A stretch of 41,131 bases of DNA from assembly GCA_023255285.1 (NCBI GenBank), contig JALRIY010000001.1:13875-55005 (forward strand), given 5' to 3'. This DNA is from Algoriphagus sp. Its GTDB lineage: Bacteria > Bacteroidota > Bacteroidia > Cytophagales > Cyclobacteriaceae. Positions 9,455-18,081 of this stretch are shown piece after piece. A program made the position numbers and the translations under genes. The number at the start of each line of letters is the position of its first letter. Within the stretch, counting starts at the first letter, position 1. The notes under the pieces are model-generated. The model did no database searches and had not been told where the DNA came from. It saw only the letters and a list, made by a program, of their open reading frames with translations.

Positions 9455-9480
9455 AAAATAGTATGCATGCAGACTATTTT
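9455..9480. promoter_or_regulatory. 26-bp near-perfect palindrome, candidate transcription-factor operator
   Basis: aaaatagtatgcatgcagactatttt; only one mismatched pair, no loop. Confidence 0.55.
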
Positions 9481-9537
9481 ATATTTTGGCAATAAAATAG
9501 AAAGAAGATAGTTGAAGCAGGAACAAAAAACAGGGCA

Positions 9538-9567
9538 TAAAAAAACCCGATCTGCAAAGATCGGGTT
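9538..9567 (-). terminator. Rho-independent terminator of tRNA-Phe
   Basis: Minus strand aacccgatct-ttgc-agatcgggtt + T run directly after the CCA. Confidence 0.85.
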
Positions 9568-9642
9568 GGTGGTGATAAGTGGACTCGAACCACCGACTCA
9601 CGGATTTTCAGTCCGATGCTCTACCAACTGAGCTAATCCACC
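9567..9642 (-). tRNA. tRNA-Phe (GAA), encoded CCA, with atypical stem mismatches
   Basis: GGTGGAT TA GCTC AGTTGGTA GAGC A TCGGA CTGAAAA TCCGT GAGTC GGTGG TTCGAGT CCACT TATCACC A CCA (76 nt). Confidence 0.88.
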
Positions 9643-9658
9643 ATCCCTTTAAGTGTTG

Positions 9659-9689
9659 CAAATGTAGAAAAATGAGGATTCTCTACAAA
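9659..9689 (-). promoter_or_regulatory. Bacteroidota housekeeping promoter for tRNA-Phe
   Basis: TTTG-N19-TACATTTG on the minus strand, 16 nt upstream of the tRNA. Confidence 0.8.
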
Positions 9690-9744
9690 TCCTTTTCAGA
9701 AAAAATAGACCCAAAATTTATAAAAACTAGTTAATCCGATCAAT

Positions 9745-11079
9745 ATGAGCATTTTACCACAAGTCGCATTTATCCTAATTCTAGGGATTGCAGGCTTTTT
9801 TTTGAGTAAAAGGATCCAATTTCTTCGACGAAACATTCTACTTGGTAAGGCAGAAACACGAAATGACCAACCTGAAAATCGGTGGAAAGCCATGTTTCTT
9901 GTGGCTTTGGGACAGCAGAAAATGTTCATACGACTGGTCCCCGCATTTTTACATCTTTTGATTTATGTGGGATTTTTGGTGATCAATTTGGAAGTGCTGG
10001 AGTTTGTGCTCGACGGATTATTGGGAACCCACCGCCTCTTTGCTCCCATCTTAGGAGGTCTATATACCGTAGCGATCAATGTATTTGAATTTCTTGCCGT
10101 TGCGGTATTGGTCTCCTGTGTTGCTTTTTTAATACGAAGAAACGTGATGAAAGTGGAGCGTTTTACCAAGCCTGAACTGAAGGGATGGGCAGCATTGGAT
10201 GCCAATTTAATTTTAGTCATCGAAATCATCCTGATGTTTGCCATTCTGACCATGAATGCTACGGATCAGATTTTGGCTAGCCGAGGAGATGCGCATTACC
10301 TAGTTTTGGGTCCTCTATTCTTTAGTAGCTTCCTCCAGCCACTCTTTGAGGGCCTTTCAACAGGTGCTTTGGTAGCCATAGAGCGTTTCGCCTGGTGGTT
10401 TCACATTGCCGGCATTTTGGCTTTTGCGGTGTATGTGACTTATTCCAAGCACTTGCATATTTTCTTGGCCTTCCCGAATACCTGGTATTCGAATCTAAAA
10501 CCAAAGGGAGAAATGATAAATATGCCCGAGGTGACCCAAGAAGTGAACATGATGTTGGGAATACCTACGGAAACTCCAACTGATGCTCCTGCTGAAATAG
10601 GGAGATTTGGTGCCAAAGATATCAATGACCTCAGCTGGGTAAATGTCCTCAATGCCTACTCCTGTACGGAATGTGGGCGCTGTAGCTCCGAGTGTCCAGC
10701 AAATTTGACTGGCAAAAAACTATCCCCACGCAAGATCATGATGGATGTACGCGACCGAGCCGAAGAGGTAGGAAAAAGCCTAGATGCGGGTGGACCAGGT
10801 CTAGGCGACGGAAAGGCGCTTTTGGGAGATTACATCACCAAAGAAGAGATCAACGCCTGTACTAGCTGCAATGCCTGTGTAGAGGCCTGCCCTATCAATA
10901 TTGACCCTCTCTCAATTATTCTGCAGATGCGTCGCTATGTGGCTATGGAGGAGTCGGGCACGCCTGCACAGTGGAATGCGATGTTCCAAAATATGGAAAC
11001 GAGCTTTTCACCTTGGAAATTTAGTCCAAGCGACCGCTTCAACTGGTCTGAAAAACTAAAAGAAGAAGAAATGAAGTAA
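9745..11079 (+). CDS. Membrane-bound 4Fe-4S dicluster oxidoreductase subunit (FadF N-half/HdrC-like)
   Basis: Multi-TM N-terminus with His residues; CTECGRCSSECP and CTSCNACVEACP. Confidence 0.9.
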   Translation: MSILPQVAFILILGIAGFFLSKRIQFLRRNILLGKAETRNDQPENRWKAMFLVALGQQKMFIRLVPAFLHLLIYVGFLVINLEVLEFVLDGLLGTHRLFAPILGGLYTVAINVFEFLAVAVLVSCVAFLIRRNVMKVERFTKPELKGWAALDANLILVIEIILMFAILTMNATDQILASRGDAHYLVLGPLFFSSFLQPLFEGLSTGALVAIERFAWWFHIAGILAFAVYVTYSKHLHIFLAFPNTWYSNLKPKGEMINMPEVTQEVNMMLGIPTETPTDAPAEIGRFGAKDINDLSWVNVLNAYSCTECGRCSSECPANLTGKKLSPRKIMMDVRDRAEEVGKSLDAGGPGLGDGKALLGDYITKEEINACTSCNACVEACPINIDPLSIILQMRRYVAMEESGTPAQWNAMFQNMETSFSPWKFSPSDRFNWSEKLKEEEMK

Positions 11080-11080
11080 G

Positions 11081-11129
11081 AGATGCAAGAAAACTGATTT
11101 GGTCTTGCGTCTTGTATTTAATGTCTAGT
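11081..11129. repeat. 7-nt-period tract with an inverted copy (hairpin) between operon genes
   Basis: gtcttgc-gtcttgt-atttaat-gtctagt; agatgcaaga (11081-90) pairs with tcttgcgtct (11103-12). Confidence 0.5.
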
Positions 11130-11139
11130 AGCTAAAAAT

Positions 11140-11931
11140 ATGTCTACCTATCAAGTTCCTACCATGGCCGAAATGGCCGCTAACTCCCAAACACCCGAGG
11201 TTCTCTTTTGGGTGGGCTGTGCAGGTTCCTTTGACGAGCGCTACAAAGCGGTCACTCAGGCTTTTGTCAAAATATTGAATAAAGTAGGGGTGAGCTTTGC
11301 CGTGCTGGGCCCAGAAGAAGCATGTACAGGAGATCCTGCTCGACGTGCAGGAAATGAATTTCTTTTTCAAATGCAGGCGGTAGCTAATATTCAAGTGATG
11401 AATGCCTATGAAGTCAAAAAAGTAGTCACAGCCTGTCCACATTGCTTCAACACCATCAAAAACGAATACCCTGCCTTGGGAGGCAACTACGAAGTAATCC
11501 ACCACTCCGAATTTCTTCAACAGCTCATCAACGAAGGAAAAGTGACCCTTCAAGGAGGTGGAGAGTTTAAAGGTAAAAAAATCACTTTTCACGATTCCTG
11601 TTACTTAGGCCGTGCTAATGGCGTGTACGAAGCTCCACGGGAGGTAATCAAAGCCTTGGATGTGGAACTCGTAGAAATGAAGCGCTGTCGCACGAAAGGA
11701 CTCTGCTGCGGTGCAGGAGGTGCACAAATGTTTAAGGAGCCAGAACCTGGTAAAAAAGACATCAACATTGAACGAACAGAGGAGGCATTGGCCACCGGAG
11801 CACAAGCTATCGCGGTGGGTTGCCCCTTTTGCTTGACCATGATGACAGATGGGATCAAAAACAAAAACAAGGAAGCGGAAGTACAAGTTTATGACCTTGC
11901 CGAAATTGTTGCCAAGGATATGGGAATTTAA
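11140..11931 (+). CDS. CCG-domain Fe-S protein (GlpC/HdrD/FadF C-half-like)
   Basis: FWVGC, E.CTGD, TACPHC, FHDSCYLGR, CCGAGG, GCPFC. Confidence 0.92.
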   Translation: MSTYQVPTMAEMAANSQTPEVLFWVGCAGSFDERYKAVTQAFVKILNKVGVSFAVLGPEEACTGDPARRAGNEFLFQMQAVANIQVMNAYEVKKVVTACPHCFNTIKNEYPALGGNYEVIHHSEFLQQLINEGKVTLQGGGEFKGKKITFHDSCYLGRANGVYEAPREVIKALDVELVEMKRCRTKGLCCGAGGAQMFKEPEPGKKDINIERTEEALATGAQAIAVGCPFCLTMMTDGIKNKNKEAEVQVYDLAEIVAKDMGI

Positions 11932-12009
11932 TTATAAGATTTGAATCAAAAAGGCCCATTTTGCCGTTAAGCAAAAGGAGTATTTTTGTTGAAGAATAAA
12001 CACCGTGCC

Positions 12010-12498
12010 ATGTATCTTCCCTTTGACCAGCTACCAGACAACTCACGGATCTGGGTGTATGTTTCTCCTCGCAGGTTCACTCCTTCAGAACAGGAATGGA
12101 TTCAATCAAGTCTAAAAGATTTTTGTGACAACTGGGCTACCCATGGAAAAGGGATGCCTACTTCATACACTATTTTAGAAGAGCAGTTGCTAGTGCTTGC
12201 CGTAGATGAAAGCCAGTTGGGGGCCTCAGGCTGTTCTATTGATTCCTCCGTACGTGTCCTTAAAGATTTTGAACGAAAGTTTCAAATTAATTTAGTAGAT
12301 CAAGGCAAGCTCACCTTACGGGACCAAAGTGGACAAGTTCAGGTTCTGCCAGCCCTAGGAATCAAATCTAGAATTCAAGGGGGAGAAATTGGTCTTGAAC
12401 AAGAGGTGATGCTCCCAACCATCCAAACTAAAGCAGAATTATCAGGCCTATGGCAGCCCCTTTCAAAAAGTTGGCTGAGGGCATATTTTCCAAATTAA
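12010..12498 (+). CDS. Conserved Bacteroidota hypothetical protein
   Basis: SRIWVY...W.THG...VDE....ASGCSIDSSV family motif; no Walker A seen; ATG at 12010 preferred, TATTTTTG at 11981-88. Confidence 0.75.
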   Translation: MYLPFDQLPDNSRIWVYVSPRRFTPSEQEWIQSSLKDFCDNWATHGKGMPTSYTILEEQLLVLAVDESQLGASGCSIDSSVRVLKDFERKFQINLVDQGKLTLRDQSGQVQVLPALGIKSRIQGGEIGLEQEVMLPTIQTKAELSGLWQPLSKSWLRAYFPN

Positions 12499-12535
12499 AT
12501 CCCCATATTCACTCGTAGACTTCACTTGCTGTACA

Positions 12536-14470
12536 ATGAAATCCATTTTTTCTACGTTAGCTCTACTTCTTTTACTCCTTTTAGGGGCCTGTAAAAGTCT
12601 TTTTGAAAGGGGAAACGAACAGTATCTTTCTGGTCAATACCAGTATGCTATCAGCACCTTCAATCAGGTCTTGGCTGCCGATTCCAGCAACCTATCTGCC
12701 CGTCGACTACTCGCAGAAAGTTACCGCCTTTCCAATCGCATAGAATCCTCCTTGCCTCATTACCAAAAGTTAGCTCAGGAAGATCCTAGCTTTGAAACTC
12801 ATTTTTTCTTAGGACAAAGTTTGAAAGCAAATCAAAGATGGGATGCAGCCAAACTTGCCTTTGAAGCTGCGGCAGCATCAACTTCCGATGAGCGTTTGCA
12901 AGCCCGCATCAAGCAAGAGCTAACCGGGCTTCCTTTGGTAGCAGAGATTAAAGATTACTTCAGCAATTACTTGTTGGTCAATTACAATGAATTGAATAGT
13001 GCAGGGGCAGACTATGCTCCTTTAATTAGCGAGGATTTCCTTTATTTTACCTCGGGCAGGGCCTCATCTCGATTATATCCCGCTACAGGGACAGGCTATC
13101 ATCAGCTCTTTCGAGCTCGAGCTCAAGGTCTAAAAGTGGATGCAGCCGGAGTGGAGCGTTTGCCTGAATTTGAAAATGAGGAGGGACTCAATCAAGCTGC
13201 TTTGGCCATCAGCCCCGATGGAAATACGTTCATCTATGCACGAGGGAATTCTACCTCTGCTAGGGATTATCCAGAGACCATGCTTTTTGCATCCTACTTC
13301 CGTGGAGCGGGATTTACGCAACCTAGTTGGATGCCTGTCAATGAAGAAGATACCTGGTGGAACTCGACTCCTGCTTTTTCTAGTGATGGCACAGAACTAT
13401 TTTTTGCTTCCAATCGGCCAGGAGGCTACGGAGGTATAGATTTGTATAAGGCAACCAAGCTGGCGAATGGAGATTTTGGCAATGCAGTCAATCTTGGTCC
13501 TACCATCAATACTTTAGGCAATGAACTGTTTCCTCGTCCAACTGAAGATGGAAAATTATTCTTTGCATCGGATGGGCACCCTGGTTTAGGAAAATTGGAC
13601 CTGTTTGTTGCTGAAAAAAATCAAGATGGGGTCCAAGTCGTCAGTAATTTAGGTCCTAGCTTCAATAGCCAAGCCGATGATTTTGGAATTTTCTTTACTG
13701 ACTACCCCAAAGCTGGGTTCATCTCTTCCAATCGGGCAGGAGGGAAAGGGGATGATGATATTTACTTTTTTGAGGACAAGACTCCAGCACCAAAAATAGT
13801 AAACGTCCTACTGAATGTATTTACCAAAGAGGTTCAAGTAGATGGCAAAGAGGTAATCTTACCTAGAACTCGTGTGGCTTTGTACGGAGAAGATAAGCGG
13901 CAGCTGGGTGGAGATTTTTCCAATGCTCAGGGAAGAGTTCGTTTCTCACTTTCTCCAGAGAGTGATTACAGTATTATTGCTTCACGAAGTGGGTATTTTT
14001 CCAAATCAATTCCTTTTACAACCAAGGGAAAGACTCCTGATCCGGCCACGCTTTTTCAAGAAGTGACCAATATTGTTCTGGATACCACAGTGATTTTAGA
14101 TCAATTGATTTTAGAGAAGGCCATTGTCTTGGACAATATTTATTACGACTTAAATAAAGCAGATATCCGTGCCGATGCGTTGCCTGAATTGGATAAATTG
14201 GTTAAAATATTAAGGGATAACCCTGCCATTCGTATTGAATTGAGTTCGCATACGGATTCTAGATCCAGCGATGATTACAACTTGATTTTGTCTCAGCAAC
14301 GAGCACAGGCAGCAGTAGATTACTTGGTGAGCCAAGGCATTACTCCGGATCGTTTGGTTGCAAAAGGATATGGGGAAACTCAGCTTTTGATTTCAAATGC
14401 ACAAACTGAGGAGGAGCATCAAACCAATAGGCGCACCGAGTTTAAGGTGATTGAAATCAAAGAAAACTAG
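12536..14470 (+). CDS. TPR-PD40-OmpA_C lipoprotein (PorE-like architecture)
   Basis: Lipobox LLGAC; TPR-like N-terminus; PD40 repeats (ISPDG, FSSDG..LFFASNRPGGYGG.DLY); OmpA C domain (IYYD, SHTD, LSQQRA, GYGE, NRR). Confidence 0.9.
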   Translation: MKSIFSTLALLLLLLLGACKSLFERGNEQYLSGQYQYAISTFNQVLAADSSNLSARRLLAESYRLSNRIESSLPHYQKLAQEDPSFETHFFLGQSLKANQRWDAAKLAFEAAAASTSDERLQARIKQELTGLPLVAEIKDYFSNYLLVNYNELNSAGADYAPLISEDFLYFTSGRASSRLYPATGTGYHQLFRARAQGLKVDAAGVERLPEFENEEGLNQAALAISPDGNTFIYARGNSTSARDYPETMLFASYFRGAGFTQPSWMPVNEEDTWWNSTPAFSSDGTELFFASNRPGGYGGIDLYKATKLANGDFGNAVNLGPTINTLGNELFPRPTEDGKLFFASDGHPGLGKLDLFVAEKNQDGVQVVSNLGPSFNSQADDFGIFFTDYPKAGFISSNRAGGKGDDDIYFFEDKTPAPKIVNVLLNVFTKEVQVDGKEVILPRTRVALYGEDKRQLGGDFSNAQGRVRFSLSPESDYSIIASRSGYFSKSIPFTTKGKTPDPATLFQEVTNIVLDTTVILDQLILEKAIVLDNIYYDLNKADIRADALPELDKLVKILRDNPAIRIELSSHTDSRSSDDYNLILSQQRAQAAVDYLVSQGITPDRLVAKGYGETQLLISNAQTEEEHQTNRRTEFKVIEIKEN

Positions 14471-14507
14471 TTGGATCCCCGAATTAACAGGATGATTTTT
14501 GGAGCAA

Positions 14508-17450
14508 TCAGTTCTTGATGGCTTCGTAAATTAGGTCGTGGATTTGGGTTCGTATCCCCATGTCAAGAAGCTTTGTGTTGGTAGCACTTGGGTATACTCG
14601 GTTAGAAAGGAAGATATAGGACAACTTATTCTCTGGATCGGCCCATACGCAAGTACCCGTAAAGCCAGTATGCCCGAAGGTGCTTTTAGGGGCTAATTTT
14701 CCCGCCGAGCCTCCTTTTCCTTTTTCTGGATCGGGCTTATCCCATCCCCACCCACGCCGACTTCGCGTAGATTGTCTCTTGGTGAAAGCATCTATGGTTT
14801 CGGGCTGGAGTAGTGCCACATCGCCATAGTTGCCTCCATTAAGTAAGAGCTGCATAATTACTGCGAGGTCTTGGGCCGTGCCAAATAAACCTGCATGGCC
14901 TGCAACACCGCCGTACATAGCCGCACCTGGGTCGTGCACATATCCCTGAATTTGTCGATTCCGAAAAGTCTGATCCTTTTCTGTAGGGGCGATTTGCTGT
15001 ATGGGTAATTTTTCAAATGGTTTAAATGTAAGCGTTTGTAGGCCCAGAGGGGCGTAAAACTGTTGTTCTAGGAATTCATTTAAGGGTTGATTGACTATCC
15101 TTTCCACAATTTCTTGCATGAAATACATGGTCAAGTCCGAGTAGACATAGTTGTGTGGCTTAGGCAAAAGTTCCGATTCAATTGTCCATTTCCATAAGCT
15201 ATCACGCAGGCTATTTCTTCCATACATGGCATTGGATATGGGCAAGGAATAGTCTGGACTCAAAGAATCTTGGTAATAGATAGGATTCCATTTTCCTGAA
15301 GCCAATGTTTTGTTGTAATGGGGGATAAAGGCTTTCAATCCTGCTTCATGTACTAAAACATCCTTGAGAAGGAGAGGGCCTTTGTTTGTTTTCTTCAATT
15401 CAGGTAGATAGTCACCTACTGACTTGGAGAGGTCAAGTTCTCCACGACTATGCAAAAACATGGCTGCTAATGTGGTAGCGGCGACTTTGGTAACTGATGC
15501 TAAGTCGTAAACTGTTTCTGATGTTACTGGAGCAGTTTTTTCGTAGTCAAGATGTCCATAAGATCGGTCAAAAATTACCGTTCCATCCTTGACTACGAGC
15601 ACTCTAGCTCCAGGAGCAGCTTTCTTTTCAATCATAGTTGCCGCTACTTCATCTATTTTATCCAATTTTCCTGCATCCATTCCTACACTTTCAGGACTTC
15701 CGTAAGCTAGTCGATTTTGGGAATTTAGGAATCCTCCTACTCCTTGGGTAAACTCTGTGCTGACCGAAACGGGTAGGATGCCTTTGGCAGGTCTGGCGCC
15801 AAATAGGATCTGAGGGACTAGCTTCTGTGTAAATGGGGAATTTTCATACGCCAGTACCACATGGGAAAGCCCTTCTAAATTTTTGGCAGCATATACATTT
15901 CCAAATAAGACGGTCACTACTTGCTGGCGCTTCTCTAGGGATTGAATTAAACTTACATCACCAGGAGCAATACCGAAATTGCGTCGAGGACTATTGGTTA
16001 CACCCATTAATCCTACCACTACAACATCGTAATCCTCTATTTTTTTCATGAGGTTGTAGTGAGCAGACTCACCTAAAGCCTTGGGGATGGTAAAATGATC
16101 GACTTGGGTGTATTGGTTTAAGTAGGTACTAAATTCTTGACCCTCATCGCCAATGCTTAGGCTAGCAATTTTTCGAACATCCAATCGGCCGAGGGGAAGT
16201 AGGTCGTCTCGATTTGAGGCAACTGTAATTGCTTCTCCGTAGAGTTTTTCAATGATTTCTTTTGTTTTTGTAGCGGTAAGTTTGTCCGCAATTTGGTAAG
16301 TATCAATTGGGGCATACGAATTTAGGCCTGCCCAATATTTTGCTTTGAGTATTTTTTTTACTCTCCGATCAATTTCCTCCTCTGTAAGAAGACCCTGCTC
16401 TACAGCTTCCAAAATAAGTTCCTTTGCTTTGGGTACGTCCTCCGAAAATAACAACACGTCATTCCCGGCCAAAACGGCTTGAAGATCTACTTCACCAGGT
16501 TTATTTTTGATGGTAACCCCCCGCATGTTTAATGCATCTGTAAAAATCAACCCCTTAAAATTCATTCTTTTTTGCAGAAGGTCTGTGACGACCGGCTTGG
16601 ATAAGCTTGTGGGTAAACCAGTACCCTGACTCAGGCTGGGGACATTCAAGTGAGCCACCATGACAGACATCAAATTTTCTTTGAACAAGCGTTGGTAGGG
16701 GTAAAGGTCAATGTCCCAAATTCTATTCGCTGGGTGTTGAATAACTGGAAGCGTATAATGGCTGTCGTTTTCAGTATCTCCATGTCCTGGAAAATGTTTT
16801 GCATTGGCGAGTATTCCATTTTCCTGTAGGCCCTTCATGTAGGCTATGGCACGCTGGGCAACCCGCTCTTTATCTTCTCCAAAAGCGCGAAAACCAATAA
16901 CTGGATTTTCTGGGTTGGAATTGACGTCCACCACAGGAGCAAAATTGACATGCATTCCAAGAAGGTGAAACTGTCGTGCGATTTCTGCTCCCATTTCTTG
17001 GATTAATCTGGGATTTTGAATCGCTCCCAAAGTCATGGCTTTGGGAAAGCTGAGGGTTGAATCTAGTCTCATTCCAATTCCCCACTCAGCATCCATGGCA
17101 ATTAACAAGGGCGTTTTGGATTTGGCTTGGTAATAGTTTGTAAGCCTTGCTTGGCGGTCTGGCCCACCTTGAAAAAAGATAAGGCCACCTAAATTTTCTT
17201 CTTCGATTAATGCACTAATTTGATCTACATGTGCTTTGTCCTTGTTGGAATAGGCCGCCACCATAAACAATTGCCCCAAGCGTTCCTCAAATGTGAGGGA
17301 GTTAAACACACTGTCTACCCAGGATTGTTGGAGGTCTACCGATTTACTCTCCAAAGGATCCGCAATTTCTGGACTTATAACAGGGGTCTCAGGGGTAAAA
17401 AGGTTTGCGAAAAGCATCCATGAAAGAAAAAACCATTGGATTGTGGCCAT
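14508..17450 (-). CDS. GH3 beta-N-acetylglucosaminidase (NagZ-like) fused to a beta-lactamase-fold serine hydrolase
   Basis: DAEWG, APVVDVN, KHFPGHGDTENDSH, TDALNM; C-terminal DLASVTK (SxxK), YSD, GHAGLF, GHTGFTGT. Confidence 0.92.
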   Translation of the reverse strand: MATIQWFFLSWMLFANLFTPETPVISPEIADPLESKSVDLQQSWVDSVFNSLTFEERLGQLFMVAAYSNKDKAHVDQISALIEEENLGGLIFFQGGPDRQARLTNYYQAKSKTPLLIAMDAEWGIGMRLDSTLSFPKAMTLGAIQNPRLIQEMGAEIARQFHLLGMHVNFAPVVDVNSNPENPVIGFRAFGEDKERVAQRAIAYMKGLQENGILANAKHFPGHGDTENDSHYTLPVIQHPANRIWDIDLYPYQRLFKENLMSVMVAHLNVPSLSQGTGLPTSLSKPVVTDLLQKRMNFKGLIFTDALNMRGVTIKNKPGEVDLQAVLAGNDVLLFSEDVPKAKELILEAVEQGLLTEEEIDRRVKKILKAKYWAGLNSYAPIDTYQIADKLTATKTKEIIEKLYGEAITVASNRDDLLPLGRLDVRKIASLSIGDEGQEFSTYLNQYTQVDHFTIPKALGESAHYNLMKKIEDYDVVVVGLMGVTNSPRRNFGIAPGDVSLIQSLEKRQQVVTVLFGNVYAAKNLEGLSHVVLAYENSPFTQKLVPQILFGARPAKGILPVSVSTEFTQGVGGFLNSQNRLAYGSPESVGMDAGKLDKIDEVAATMIEKKAAPGARVLVVKDGTVIFDRSYGHLDYEKTAPVTSETVYDLASVTKVAATTLAAMFLHSRGELDLSKSVGDYLPELKKTNKGPLLLKDVLVHEAGLKAFIPHYNKTLASGKWNPIYYQDSLSPDYSLPISNAMYGRNSLRDSLWKWTIESELLPKPHNYVYSDLTMYFMQEIVERIVNQPLNEFLEQQFYAPLGLQTLTFKPFEKLPIQQIAPTEKDQTFRNRQIQGYVHDPGAAMYGGVAGHAGLFGTAQDLAVIMQLLLNGGNYGDVALLQPETIDAFTKRQSTRSRRGWGWDKPDPEKGKGGSAGKLAPKSTFGHTGFTGTCVWADPENKLSYIFLSNRVYPSATNTKLLDMGIRTQIHDLIYEAIKN

Positions 17451-17503
17451 GGAATAGATTAATTTTAATTCTGTATTTTTACTTAAATTTGCTCAGGAAG
17501 GGG

Positions 17504-17511
17504 CAAAATTA
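17504..17511 (-). promoter_or_regulatory. -7 element (TAATTTTG) upstream of the GH3 fusion gene
   Basis: Matches TAnnTTTG 53 nt upstream of the ATG. Confidence 0.5.
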
Positions 17512-17676
17512 ACTTGGACTCAACATCTTCTAAACCCAAGTTTAAAAAGGAACCTAATTCAAGTTACAAAAATTCAAACAGGTTTAGGTTTCTTTCCAAT
17601 TTTAATTTCTTAGAAAATCACCTTCCTTCATCTTCTGAGTGCGCTACCTTCCTTGTCTTAAAAAACCATAAGTTAC

Positions 17677-18081
17677 ATGAAGTTTCCATCCATTTTTAAA
17701 ACAGCCAAGCACCAACGATTTTCCATCACCCCTCGGTATTACGATCCTATCAAAGAGGAAATCGCTGAGCGAACTGCCCGGATAAAAAGAGAATTAGAGT
17801 TGGAGGGTGTTCTAGAAGGGGAAAGTGAGGTGGATTTTGCAAATAGAAAAACAAGCATAAAGGGCTCTTTTTCTTCTTACAGGGGAATCAAAAGTAGGGA
17901 AACTTCTGTTTTTAGTTCTACGGCAATGATTCGTACCCTTCTGTTTCTAGGGATGGTGATTGCAGCCTTCGGCTACATTTATGTTGGTCCGCAGATTCTT
18001 ACCTACCTAGCTTATGGGGCTATGAGTACCGCTGCCCTTTATTTTTCATTCAAAATCATCAAGAAACGTACGAATGCCTGA
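17677..18081 (+). CDS. Conserved hypothetical membrane protein
   Basis: RFSITPRYYDP N-terminal motif, C-terminal TM helices; overlaps the mutL start. Confidence 0.75.
   Translation: MKFPSIFKTAKHQRFSITPRYYDPIKEEIAERTARIKRELELEGVLEGESEVDFANRKTSIKGSFSSYRGIKSRETSVFSSTAMIRTLLFLGMVIAAFGYIYVGPQILTYLAYGAMSTAALYFSFKIIKKRTNA

Noticed and set aside
12010-12498. ABC transporter ATPase label sometimes attached to this family
   Set aside because: No Walker A/B or LSGGQ signature in the translation.
17514-17699. 61-aa ORF in the divergent promoter region
   Set aside because: TTG start, low-complexity AT-rich sequence, overlaps the next gene out of frame.
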